A stretch of DNA of 63,774 nt, counting the filler, from Octopus bimaculoides (lineage: Eukaryota): NCBI RefSeq assembly GCF_001194135.2. It is 6 parts of 6 records of this genome, joined end to end, with 100 filler letters (N's around TTAATTAATTAA, not from the genome) between each part and the next. Parts side by side here need not be neighbours in the genome. Positions count along the whole stretch, not along the records: positions 34,920 to 57,956 come from NC_068985.1; 5 more parts are not named here. One strand, 5' to 3'. How positions within the stretch are numbered: position 1 is the stretch's first letter; each line of letters starts with the position of its first letter. Both the position numbers and the translations under genes were made by a program. Below, one piece after another: positions 37,514 through 49,980 of the stretch. Below the pieces are notes generated by a model. The model was not told where the DNA came from. It made no database searches and saw only the letters and a list, made by a program, of their open reading frames with translations.

Positions 37514-37831
37514 GAAGGTACGTGGCTTAATGTTAGGATATTTGTCTCAAGATTATACGGTCAACAGTTCGATTCTTAAAGGCGTGTTGAACTCTAGAGC
37601 AAAACACTTTATTTCTTATTGTTGAAGTTCACTTAGCTGGCAAAAATGAGCTGTACCTATAATTAAATGAACTCACGTTCTCATATTCTGTGTGTCACGT
37701 TGAAGCTCCTTGAAGACTACGGTAATGGTACGCATGTCTATTCAGTAGCTCACCTACATACGCGCTAATTTGAGGAGCGGGTTGTTCCATTGATGATATC
37801 AACTGGAATAATCGTCGACATAACTGACGGA
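37514..37831 (+). mobile_element. Family E SINE (CORE-like head; tail shared with family C), diverged
   Basis: GTACGTGGCTTAATGTTAGG..CAGTTCGATTC..GAGCAAAACACTTTATTTC..AGCTGGCAAAAATGAG, ending ..AACTGGAATAATCGTCG..AACTGACGGAG like the family C tail. Confidence 0.7.
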
Positions 37832-38168
37832 GATCCACACCAAATTAAAGGGCAGTGTCATCATGAAAATACAGCTTTTATATAACGGAAGTTGATATTG
37901 TATCATGTGATAATTCAATATATATATAATGTGCTCTAACGGAAAATCTAACAACAGGTGTCTTCTTAAACGAGAATTTATGAGAACAGCATCTGACAAA
38001 CAAGGAAGCAAGGAACTACAAGTTTAGTTGTTAAATATAGGAATACTGAGTATTACACGTACTCATATACAGACGCGATGCAAGCCACGATATAATAAAA
38101 CGTATCATATGAATAATTGGCTGGTGTTGCATTACAATACATTTCCGCTTTTGTAACAAGTTTCCCGT

Positions 38169-38224
<56 letters not shown>

Positions 38225-38494
38225 TATATATACATATATATATGTATGTATATATGAATATACTCACTCGCATTCGCATATATTTTATGCACGCATGTGT
38301 GTGTGTATGAGTGTGGGGGGTGTAATGTATAGATTGCATTGCACGTGAGCGTGTTTGCTTTACACGCACTTATAATGCTGTGATTGCGCTGACTTAAATT
38401 CCGGCTACAGTGGTGTATTTAAATAAGTTAACAAACAATTAACCAGTGGACTTTAAGAACGGAAAAGAAACGTGCGTAATAAAGAAAATAATGA

Positions 38495-38830
38495 CGTTCC
38501 GTCGGTTACAACGATGATTGTTCCAGTATATCAGCGGTTGAGTATTCCACAGATACTTGTACCCTTAACGCAGTTCTCAGGGACATAGTCATATTCGCTG
38601 ACGTAGTCCGAAGGAGAGCAGAGCATTACCTTTGCCACCAGCTTGGTTGCAGGAGCTGTCGGAAGAGTGTCGTGTCGAACACTATACCGCCTACGGGGCT
38701 CCACTCCGGATTTCTTTGGAGGCTGTCTCCTTTCCGTAATTCTGGATAGGGGCCCATACCGGGTACTATCAGCCGGAGCCAGCTGAGCCCGGGACTCGTG
38801 TCAAGCAGGGTCGTCACTCCATGTAGTAGT
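38495..38830 (-). mobile_element. Chimera: GC-rich RTE-like 5'UTR fragment joined to a family C tail
   Basis: 38495-38585 matches the family C tail in-window. The reverse complement of 38590-38830 (GGAGTGGAGCCCC..CAGCTCCTGCAACCAAGCTGGTGGCAAA..GCTCTGC..CCTT) resembles RTE/BovB-type 5'UTRs from memory only. Confidence 0.45.
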
Positions 38831-39293
38831 GAAGAAAATCACTAGTAACTACCCAACGACACAACACATAATGATTACTTAATTGAACACAAGAGTCCAA
38901 GTCCGTTTCTGAATGGCTAATGCGGGTCATGTACAATCGTTTTAGTTTCAACATGTGACCTCAGATCAATTTACGTACCTGCGAAGTACACCTTCGAAAT
39001 ACCGATAGCTTCTGTGAGGCTATTACAGATATGAGGGAAACTGTCACTTGTTGCTTGCAGAATACAACAAATATGGCAGAACATTTCATAAAACAATGCA
39101 TTGCATTTAGAAATAAGATTCTAATTTCCGGTTCTGCTTACGAAACTGTAAACGTGTGAATAGCGGCTAACAATAGAATTGTAAACAAGACATACAGTAT
39201 AATGAGCATTGCCCTGTAAGTAGTTGAAGATGCGATCGTAGCTACAGACGTGTTAGATGTTAGAATTCGGTTTCATCAAGTTGAATGCATTAG

Positions 39294-39665
39294 CGTGGAA
39301 CTCCGTCAGTTACCACGACGAGAGTTCAAGTTGATCCGATCAACGGAACAGTCTGCTCGTGAAATTAGCCTGCAGGTGGATGAACACTCCACGGACACGG
39401 GTACCCTTAACGTAGTTCTCGGGGAGATTCAGCGTGACACAGTGTGTGACAAGGCTAGCCCTTTGAAATACAGGTACAACAGAAACGGTAAGATAGAGTG
39501 AGAGAAAGTTCTGGTGAAAGAGTACAGCAGGGTTCGCCACCACCCCTCGTGGAGCATTAGGTGTTTTCGCTCAATAAACACTCACAACGCCCGGTATGGG
39601 AATCGAAACCACGATCCTACAACCGCATCTTGCCTGCCCTAAACACTGGGCCATTGCGCCCACAC
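39294..39665 (-). mobile_element. Family C SINE, near full length
   Basis: Colinear with 3681-4042. Confidence 0.9.
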
Positions 39666-40000
39666 CGAATTCATTAGTGATCTGTGGATGCCACTGTGAG
39701 TACGGATGTGGGTTCCATCAGCTGCTGCAGTAATATAACATCTTATGTACAAACGCTGATAAATCACACAAGAATCGTGCAACTAACGATAAAGAGAATA
39801 TCGAAACGGAGAATTATGAGGGAGAACTAACAATGAGATACCTACAGTCTTTTCTGGGCCCGTCTTACATATTACAATTAGTACACACATTCACACACCC
39901 ATTAATTCATATATATATACACCCAAACACTTAGGCCCGCGCTCACATACAGAAACACAATCATATTTTGTATTAATCTCTATGCGTGTGTGTGTGTATT

Positions 40001-40043
<43 letters not shown>

Positions 40044-40059
40044 GTATGTNNNNNNNNNN

Positions 40060-40105
<46 letters not shown>

Positions 40106-40149
40106 ATCAGTTGTTCTGTCACGGCTGCTCTGCTGTATGCTGTCCTTGG

Positions 40150-40540
40150 CGCTGCTTTTCGTGTACTCTTGTTGTATGGGTTGACGCCAGCAGTGAATAT
40201 CTTCTTGCCGGTTTTGTGCAGGTCTTTAGATGAACTATGACACCAAACGTGTGTTCCTAGGCCATCCCCCCGCCCAGTGTCATGAACATTTTGGTGCCAT
40301 ATGGCAGCCTGCTTTTGTGAAGAACGGCTTTCAAGTTCTTTTGATCCGTTTAGATTAAATCTCTCATTCCTTTCCCTCCCAATGTCTCCTTGCGCAACTC
40401 TTATACTTAGTGGATGACAAAACTTGCCTCAATGTTTGCTAGGACGTCCACTAGAAACGATGAGGATTTCACAAGATTACTTTGGGAGCATGCAAGATAT
40501 TTCAAAAGCACCCACCTCGTAGAGCACCAAGTCTTTACTT
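40150..40540 (-). mobile_element. Probable decayed L1-clade ORF2 fragment (post-RT region)
   Basis: Minus frame LLKYLACSQSNLVKSSSFLVDVLANIEASF..*V*ELRKETLGGKGMRDL resembles the ..IE...F.W...V.W..L...K..GGLG.RDL motif; several stops. Confidence 0.45.
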
Positions 40541-40817
40541 GCAAATTTAATCATCGATGAGCCGCTCACGAACAAGTAGAACAAGTAATTATTTTAATAA
40601 TTTAGGCAAATGATCTGATGCCCATGCATACGTACATAAAGACATGAATATGTATTTATGTATGTATGAATATATGTATGTATATGAGTATATTGTGCGT
40701 GGGCGTGGCGATATTCATAACCTGGTGTGGAACTCAATTTACATATCGTTCATATCGAAGAGTTAGTCGAGAACAGACTGGTAATAAGGAAAGAAGCTGA
40801 GAAAAGAATAAACAATT

Positions 40818-40885
40818 ATCTTACAGTAGTTTCTGCTATTAAAAGCAGAGTGCCTAAGTAACGCCTTTCAGCTTCATCAGAGTCT
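40818..40885 (-). ncRNA. Degenerate hammerhead-like motif with extended stem II
   Basis: GACT-CTGATGA-A-GCT..(AAAGG/CTTTT inner pairing)..AGC-A-GAAA-CTACTG-TA-AGAT; same layout as 58215-58262 but stems I and III are damaged. Confidence 0.5.
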
Positions 40886-40895
40886 CAAGTACGAA

Positions 40896-40959
<64 letters not shown>

Positions 40960-41280
40960 TATCTATTACCTGTTCCAGTCATTTGACATCGGTCATGCTA
41001 GAGCATCTACGCATAATATTTACGTGTATGCGTATGTGTGTCTGCATATTTATGCGCGCGCACACACACATATATATAGATTTTTATATGAATTAGGATA
41101 AAATCGTTATTTAAAATAACGATCATATCAAGTGGCCAGCATGCGATGACAAAAACCTTATAGTTAATAACTATTCTTAAAATTATAATTAGGGTTTGAA
41201 CGTCAGGATTTGACTGCTATCTCTAGCACGGTGGTATCTTTTAGATGGCTTTAATTATAATTTTTAACATAAATATATTC

Positions 41281-41412
41281 TTTTACTCCTTTCCATCAGC
41301 TCATTGCGGCCATGCTGGAGCATACCCTTTAGTCGAAGAAATCGACCCAAGGGCTTATTCTTTGTAAGCCGAGTACTTATTCTATCAATTGCTTATGCCG
41401 AACCGTTCAGTT
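41281..41412 (-). mobile_element. Family B SINE tail
   Basis: GCGGCCATGCTGGAGCA..TTTAGTCGAAGAAATCGACCC..TTATTCTTTGTAAGCC. Confidence 0.8.
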
Positions 41413-41498
41413 ATTATATTACTTACGCTGTGTGGTGAGGCATAAAGCTAACCCTTTGCTATTGTTATGTATATTATTATAAAAATGTTTTATACACA

Positions 41499-41589
<91 letters not shown>

Positions 41590-42357
41590 NNNNNNNNNNN
41601 NNNNNNNNNNNNNNNNNNNNNNNNNNNNNNNNNNNNNNNNNNNNNNNNNNNNNNNNNNNNNNNNNNNNNNNNNNNNNNNNNNNNNNNNNNNNNNNNNNNN
41701 NNNNNNNNNNNNNNNNNNNNNNNNNNNNNNNNNNNNNNNNNNNNNNNNNNNNNNNNNNNNNNNNNNNNNNNNNNNNNNNNNNNNNNNNNNNNNNNNNNNN
41801 NNNNNNNNNNNNNNNNNNNNNNNNNNNNNNNNNNNNNNNNNNNNNNNNNNNNNNNNNNNNNNNNNNNNNNNNNNNNNNNNNNNNNNNNNNNNNNNNNNNN
41901 NNNNNNNNNNNNNNNNNNNNNNNNNNNNNNNNNNNNNNNNNNNNNNNNNNNNNNNNNNNNNNNNNNNNNNNNNNNNNNNNNNNNNNNNNNNNNNNNNNNN
42001 NNNNNNNNNNNNNNNNNNNNNNNNNNNNNNNNNNNNNNNNNNNNNNNNNNNNNNNNNNNNNNNNNNNNNNNNNNNNNNNNNNNNNNNNNNNNNNNNNNNN
42101 NNNNNNNNNNNNNNNNNNNNNNNNNNNNNNNNNNNNNNNNNNNNNNNNNNNNNNNNNNNNNNNNNNNNNNNNNNNNNNNNNNNNNNNNNNNNNNNNNNNN
42201 NNNNNNNNNNNNNNNNNNNNNNNNNNNNNNNNNNNNNNNNNNNNNNNNNNNNNNNNNNNNNNNNNNNNNNNNNNNNNNNNNNNNNNNNNNNNNNNNNNNN
42301 NNNNNNNNNNNNNNNNNNNNNNNNNNNNNNNNNNNNNNTATATATATAGATGCATAC

Positions 42358-42420
<63 letters not shown>

Positions 42421-42794
42421 CGTATTATATAGATGCATATACATGTATGTTTGTGTACTCATAAACATACATTTATACACACACGCTTATGCGTATATGC
42501 GTGCGTGTGCGCTCAAGAGTAGCTACGTAAGTGAGTCTTTGCACCACTCCCGTTCTTACAACTCTTACTATTCCTCCCACGCTTCTAATTGTATGAATTT
42601 ATCTTTTTGTCGCTAGCATTCCTTTCTCTTCTTGCGTTTCTAGCCTTCTTCCTGCCTATCTCTCACATTCCTATCTCTTTGCTCTGCCATTGTGTCCTTA
42701 TGTATTACATAAACTTTCTCTCGCACACTCACTCACAAGCGCCACACCGACTCTTTGTCTCACAATATATATATATATGTGCCCATATAATAAT

Positions 42795-43085
42795 GTTTTC
42801 TACTAAAGGCACAACGCCTGAAATTTTGGGGGAGGTGATAAATTTGATTGCATTGGTCCCTCCGAAGATTCACTGGTACTTAATTTACCGACCCCTAAAG
42901 GTTGAAAGACGAAGTCGACTTTGGCGAAATTTGAACTGAGAACGTATCATTTTCTACTTAAAACACAAGGCCCGAAACTTTTCGGGGGAGGGTCAGTCAA
43001 ATAGATAGACCACAGTACGCAACTGGTTCTTAATTTATCGACACGAAAAGGATGAAAGGCAAAGTGGATTTCTGCCCTCTGCGAA
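42795..43085 (-). mobile_element. Two partial family A SINE copies
   Basis: Two reverse-complement tails (TTTTCTACT..CACAA..CCTGAAA) with ACTTAATTTA(C/T)CGAC bodies. Confidence 0.75.
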
Positions 43086-43091
43086 ATGTGA

Positions 43092-43130
<39 letters not shown>

Positions 43131-43927
43131 NNNNNNNNNNNNNNNNNNNNNNNNNNNNNNNNNNNNNNNNNNNNNNNNNNNNNNNNNNNNNNNNNNNNNN
43201 NNNNNNNNNNNNNNNNNNNNNNNNNNNNNNNNNNNNNNNNNNNNNNNNNNNNNNNNNNNNNNNNNNNNNNNNNNNNNNNNNNNNNNNNNNNNNNNNNNNN
43301 NNNNNNNNNNNNNNNNNNNNNNNNNNNNNNNNNNNNNNNNNNNNNNNNNNNNNNNNNNNNNNNNNNNNNNNNNNNNNNNNNNNNNNNNNNNNNNNNNNNN
43401 NNNNNNNNNNNNNNNNNNNNNNNNNNNNNNNNNNNNNNNNNNNNNNNNNNNNNNNNNNNNNNNNNNNNNNNNNNNNNNNNNNNNNNNNNNNNNNNNNNNN
43501 NNNNNNNNNNNNNNNNNNNNNNNNNNNNNNNNNNNNNNNNNNNNNNNNNNNNNNNNNNNNNNNNNNNNNNNNNNNNNNNNNNNNNNNNNNNNNNNNNNNN
43601 NNNNNNATATATATATATATATACACGTACTTATCTATATATTTACATTTATATGTATAAATATAACAGACTTACATCTGCATGTATGCATATAAACATA
43701 TGCTTATGGGGTTAATCACACCTGTATACGTATGTAAATATATATCTGTATACATAACTAATCGGCCGAATACACAGTAAGATGGACCGGCCGACACCCG
43801 GGCAGACAAACCGATACAGAGACCAGGCAGTGAGAGAAACAGAGAGATTGATGTATGAATGTATAGATCAACAGATAGATTGATAAATATATAGATGTCC
43901 GTGTGTGTGTGTGTGTGTGTGTGTGTA

Positions 43928-44082
43928 GCCGAAATTTTAAAGATAACCTGGATCTCGCCTGAAGAGAACAACCCCGAATGATATGTCCCTGTTTTCTTTG
44001 TATCGTCTATCTGTATGTTTTGTCCCTTTCTTGTATCACCTAAACTGTCTGGATGTTTTGTGTTCTTGTTTCCATTCTGTAT

Positions 44083-44085
<3 letters not shown>
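43928..44085 (+). mobile_element. Family F fragment (3' part shared with 46330-46475)
   Basis: GCCGAAA..CTGGA.CTC.CCTGA..AAC.CCGAATGAT..GTCC.TGTTTT..TATCGTCTA..GTTCTTGTT.CCATT parallels 46330-46475. Confidence 0.55.
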
Positions 44086-44142
<57 letters not shown>

Positions 44143-44476
44143 CAAAATGGAGATAACGTATTATCAACAATCAAACAAATTGAACCACATCGGTTGATTA
44201 TTTATACAAAAATATGACATAACATTTTTTACAGCCGTTTTGCCCTACCAGTGTTAATCGGTGTTTACGGAAGTAATTCCAAAAATAATATTCGTCGTCT
44301 TCATAACTCATTCGATCTAGAGTGAATATAAAGAGTGAATATAAAGACGTAAAATAAAATAAAGAAAGGGAAGATGGAATAAGACAGCACGGGCAATTGT
44401 GACCGATAGTATATACGGATACTGTTATCCCTTAATCGGTTACTACAACCGCTAAATCTGCTTACNNNNNNNNNNA

Positions 44477-45903
44477 TAGATAGATAGATAGATAGAAAAT
44501 CAGTGATACACAATGAGCGTTTGCCGGTGTTAAGGGTATATACGAATATGTCTCTCGAATTTTCCTTATTATATATTACATTTGTTTCAATTATTATACA
44601 ATATATGACAATGTTGCCTAAGTCTGCGTAGACAAGTTGAACATTAAGATCAATAATCCTCGTAGCATTTCGAATAATACGTGTTTGAACATTTTATTAT
44701 CAAGTGCAATAAATCCGCTGAACTTGTACGGTTTCCGTCTATCATATTTTGTTTACGTGTTTATTATCATCGAATGCAAGGTGAATGAAACTTGTTGAAA
44801 TTGAAAGAGAGGACATTTGGCAGTAAAAGTACCTCTTAATCTCTCGACCCTTATTGTGTCGATATACGCATAGGTAGACACACACGCAGCACACTCTTAC
44901 ACTCCCGTCAGTAAATAGTGGGGTTGTGTTAACCGCACGTGGAGAAATAATAGGAAAATGAAAAAAAGCCAGAATGTTGAACTGGAAGCATAATTTAATA
45001 AAGATTTTTTCTAACCGGTTTTCATTGCGATGAAGCAAATTATCAAGAAGAAGGAGAATGAAAATTAATTTTTTACAAAGAAGTACAAAAATGTACAAAA
45101 TGAAGAAAATAATATATAAAAAAATAATATAGAAAAAAAATAAATATACCCATACATTATATTGTCTTTGAGCTTTTGTAGTTCAATAGTAGTTCATGTA
45201 TAAATTAGTAGGAAAAATAAGGATGCATGAGAGTTGAGAGTTTTGTTAGGTTTNNNNNNNNNNNNNNNNNNNNNNNNNNNNNNNNNNNNNNNNNNNNNNN
45301 NNNNNNNNNNNNNNNNNNNNNNNNNNNNNNNNNNNNNNNNNNNNNNNNNNNNNNNNNNNNNNNNNNNNNNNNNNNNNNNNNNNNNNNNNNNNNNNNNNNN
45401 NNNNNNNNNNNNNNNNNNNNNNNNNNNNNNNNNNNNNNNNNNNNNNNNNNNNNNNNNNNNNNNNNNNNNNNNNNNNNNNNNNNNNNNNNNNNNNNNNNNN
45501 NNNNNNNNNNNNNNNNNNNNNNNNNNNNNNNNNNNNNNNNNNNNNNNNNNNNNNNNNNNNNNNNNNNNNNNNNNNNNNNNNNNNNNNNNNNNNNNNNNNN
45601 NNNNNNNNNNNNNNNNNNNNNNNNNNNNNNNNNNNNNNNNNNNNNNNNNNNNNNNNNNNNNNNNNNNNNNNNNNNNNNNNNNNNNNNNNNNNNNNNNNNN
45701 NNNNNNNNNNNNNNNNNNNNNNNNNNNNNNNNNNNNNNNNNNNNNNNNNNNNNNNNNNNNNNNNNNNNNNNNNNNNNNNNNNNNNNNNNNNNNNNNNNNN
45801 NNNNNNNNNNNNNNNNNNNNNNNNNNNNNNNNNNNNNNNNNNNNNNNNNNNNNNNNNNNNNNNNNNNNNNNNNNNNNNNNNNNNNNNNNNNNNNNNNNNN
45901 NNN

Positions 45904-45944
<41 letters not shown>

Positions 45945-46015
45945 AAATCAGTGATACACAATGAGCGTTTGCCTGGATTGATAGTATATACAAATATGTC
46001 TCTCGGAATTTCCTC

Positions 46016-46025
<10 letters not shown>
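44477..46025. repeat. Diverged direct repeats of about 90 bp after (GATA)n (44477-44580, 45904-46025)
   Basis: GAAAATCAGTGATACACAATGAGCGTTTGCC is identical over 31 bp, then similar with mismatches; each copy follows an N gap. Confidence 0.8.
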
Positions 46026-46052
<27 letters not shown>

Positions 46053-46089
46053 TCACATACGGGAGACCAATGTCTAGTACGCCGCTATA

Positions 46090-46475
46090 CAAGAACGTAA
46101 CATTTAGACAGTTAAACAATACAAAGTAGGACAGGAAAAAACGAGGATGGGTAATTCGGAGCTTTCCATCGCCTGTCGAGTTAAGGCTTCATTCCACACA
46201 TGCCAGCTTAATTGAATTCGCCTTTAGTCGAACGACACCTGTTGCTGATGTCCTGCTATTTGTATTTGCAATTGTGTAAAATTTAACTTAGGTTTTCTTG
46301 GTGCTGACCAGATTGGAGCAGCCGAAACCAGCCGAAACTGAGGGACCATCTGGAACTCAGCTGACAATAGAAAACTCTGAATGATCCGTCCTTGTTTTTA
46401 CCTGTCCTTCCTTTTATCGTCTAACTTACGGATCTTTTGTTATCGCTTGTTACGTTCTTGTTCCATTTTTTGTTT
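46090..46475 (+). mobile_element. Family F short element with an inverted copy of its tail at the 5' end
   Basis: 46090-46150 is a diverged reverse complement of 46386-46470; weak hammerhead-like CTGACCA..GCCGAAAC at 46304-46338. Confidence 0.55.
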
Positions 46476-46510
46476 CATATATATACGTGTCTGGAGAAAG
46501 GCATACGTAT

Positions 46511-46586
<76 letters not shown>

Positions 46587-46651
46587 CTCTNNNNNNNNNN
46601 TGTATATATGTATGTGTGTGTATATATATACACACATGCACACACATATAC

Positions 46652-46693
<42 letters not shown>

Positions 46694-47619
46694 GTAGATA
46701 GATAGATAGATAGATAGATAGATTGATTGATTGATAGAGATAGATATATACGTATACCTTTCTGCAGTCACGCATAGGGCCCTCTCATTCAACATGCATA
46801 TATACACATTTCTATGCATATAAGTATGCACGCAAATATGTTTTTGTTATATGCGTGCGTGCACATATTGGAGTCATACTTGTAACCGTATCATCACACG
46901 AACAACGCTTCTCAGTGACAATTACTTGTTAATATTCTTACTTATTACACGTTTGTATGCATAATGTCGAGAAACACACAGACGAACACGTACCCAAAAT
47001 ACGTACCCGAAGCGTACAAAATGACGAAGGTACCCCAAATCATGCTCGCAGCTCCACCACATACATGTTCAACTACTCGGATAGAGTGCCATTCACTCAC
47101 ATACACACATCAAAAATACATGCATAGAATTACATCAACATACATATACACGAACATACATTCATATACATCCCAACATATGGACAAAAAACAAACATTG
47201 GTGTGTAGCACCCGCCTACATAGGCATAGCAACACATGTATAGTGTCATACACACATACATATAAGCATTACTAGCATGTCCACCCACATTACGAAGATA
47301 AACAAAGGGAAGCACGCACGCACGCACGTAGGCTTATATTTGTGCGTGCGTGCGTGCGTGCGTGCGCGTGTGTATGTGTATATGCATGTATGTGAGCGTG
47401 TGTGTGTGCACAAAACAGCACCCGTGCAAAATTGAGATTTTAAGAAACAAACGCAAATGCACATCTCAGACCACATGCAAATGCACGTATTCTTACTAGT
47501 ATAGCCACAGCGCAAGCGCACACTCGCCAGTTCTCGCACATCGGGAATGAACCCAACTCAGTAACACGCCAAAGCTAAACCACCGCCTGAATCTCATTCA
47601 AATTCTATGATATTCCTAT

Positions 47620-47992
47620 GTCTATCTCTTTTGGCTTCTACTTTGCCACTTCTCTTCCTACATTCCACACCCTCACATTTTACGTATATATTTATACAAA
47701 ATCTACTTGCTCCCATTTTTCTCTTACTTTATCCGTTCTTCTCATTCCCACTAATCATTTCCCTCTTCGTCTCGGCATCGTACCCGTTCGTTCTTCACTC
47801 ATTCATACACACATCTCTCCCACTCCCTTTTTTTTCTCCCCTTTGGCCTACTTCATCATACGTTTTTTTTTTCCCCCTACCTCCAGCTTCTCTCTCTATC
47901 TCCTGCACATATACACACACTCAAATGCACTTACACGCATTCACATCAATTCACACTCTATCTTCACCTCTATCCATGAGCTCCATCCACTC

Positions 47993-48030
<38 letters not shown>

Positions 48031-48165
48031 ATCTCTCTCTCTCTTTCTCTCNNNNNNNNNNNNNNNNNNNNNNNNNNNNNNNNNNNNNNNNNNNNNNNNN
48101 NNNNNNNNNNNNNNNNNNNNNNNNNNNNNNNNNNNNNNNNNNNNNNNNNNNNNNNNNNNNNNNNN

Positions 48166-48218
<53 letters not shown>

Positions 48219-48800
48219 TATCTCTCGCCAAATCACTTGTGGTGCCTATCTAATATATACATCGTTACGTTTAAGTCTATCCTTTTTGTAGATTTGTCTA
48301 CCCGTCTCCCTTGTTTTCTCTTTTAATCTATCTTTTATTCATTCTTCTCTCATTCTTCTCTGTTTATATCTCATAGCCTTCATGTACCTCTGTGCATCTC
48401 CTTCTCAATTTCCCTTTCTCCTTCGTGTGATTCTTCCCTTTACTTTTCCTATTCTTATACTCACCTCTGCCCATTAAAATTCCTTTCTCTCTTTCTCTCT
48501 CTCTCTGATCAACTCTCGCTTATATCTGGACTCCAACGTTTGGTCTCCCTCTCTCCCATTCTTAAACTCATTCGTTTCTACGCTAAACTCCTCTTTTCCT
48601 TCTTTCACATTAACATATAATTCTGCTTTCCCGCTTTCACTCTCTTTCTCTTTTCAATTCTTTGTTTCCTTTTCTTTTTAAGTCAAATCTCCATTTACTT
48701 TCTTTTCGTTATTTCGGCCTTATTGTCTTCGGCTTCCTCTCTCTTTTCTCTCTCACTCTTTCTGACCTCTACCTCATGTTACCTTCTTTCCAATCATAAA
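47620..48800 (+). repeat. Polypyrimidine (T/C-rich) low-complexity tract of about 1.2 kb with (CT)n core
   Basis: Strong + strand T/C bias; (CT)n at 47990-48215 with an internal gap. Confidence 0.85.
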
Positions 48801-49309
48801 ACCTATCTAGCCTATTGAGCACATTTTTCTCCCAAGAAGTCACATGATTCTTATGTACTGGCGTTACAATTTACTATGTCGTTCTTTCTTTCCTAACACC
48901 TGTTCCATACTTTTGTTGTATGACATATAACTGTGTATTTTACTTTACGTAAGCGTTGTATCTCACTTCCTCTTTAAAAATCTTCTTATATTATTAAATT
49001 CAATCTCAGATTTATATAAAAGTCACCACCTCAATAGGTGTACACTTTGAATAGTCACGCTTCCTGCTACAAGTATCAAAGTCGTGTTCATTAATTTTAC
49101 ACATTATCCGCTTTTAAATGGGCTGAAACAGTGAACGTTTTACTACGTTAATAATTCACCCCGAATGAAATAATTATATGGCTATTGCCACAATGAAATC
49201 TCTTAGAACACAAATCTGTCCCATAGCATAGTACTGTGTACAATAAGCAACGGTTAAAAGATCAATGACAATAAAGGATATTTTCTTTTTCCATAAGACC
49301 AGTATATTT

Positions 49310-49490
49310 TACTAGAGTAGTCGATGTAACAGACTTACCCAGGAAAGAGAGTAAATGGTTACATCCACCCCAGTGTTCAGTTGGTACTTATTTTATCAAC
49401 CACTAATATGACGAAAGGCAAAGTCGACCTCGATGTAATTTGAACCCATAACAATGCAACGGACGAAATGCCGCTGTAATAACAGCTAGT
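49310..49490 (-). mobile_element. Old family A SINE
   Basis: TTGGTACTTATTTTATC..GAAAGGCAAAGTCGACCTCG..ATTTGAAC..GGACGAAATGCCGCT. Confidence 0.7.
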
Positions 49491-49639
49491 ATACCCACAG
49501 CAGGTCTTCGTGGTCCATCTTGCGTGTGTAGCAGCTCTGTGTTGATTTTGGCTTATATGCAAATATACGTTTCACCATTTCAAAGTTGACTCAGTCGAAT
49601 TTGTGTGGTTATCGCTTTCAGTAGTCTGTAAGTGGGCCT

Positions 49640-49980
49640 GGTAGTTGAGCATGCGACGCTTGGATAAATTAAATCTTCTTCCGGTACGGACGGTTGGTTG
49701 GTCAAAAACGAAACAACGTGGAGGCAACGGCAGCGCTAATAGTGTGCGCGGGAATACTTCCAAGAAGGCCACATTGTTTGTTTAGTCTGTTGGTTGATCA
49801 AGAGAACTTGCTGTGCAGCCAATGTTGACGTAGGTTAAAGAACTACATGCCGAGAGAGTTCTAAAGCGAAGGAAGAAAAACTCTCTAGTGAGAAATGGCG
49901 ACTGTCAGGCTTTATACAAATGCCAAACCGGAAGCAGAACGAAACGTTCTATTCTAACCAATTACAGAGAGCGACACAAA
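49640..49980. promoter_or_regulatory. Candidate promoter-like motif cluster (CpG-rich, not matched to in-window repeats)
   Basis: ETS-like CTTCCGG 49678-49684 and CCGGAAG 49928-49934; CCAAT 49819 and 49958; TGACGT 49826; YY1-like AAATGGCG 49893-49900. No adjacent exon identified. Confidence 0.3.

Noticed and set aside
47607-48326. Hydrophobic Leu/Phe/Ser-rich ORFs resembling membrane proteins
   Set aside because: Translation of a polypyrimidine tract and a gap.
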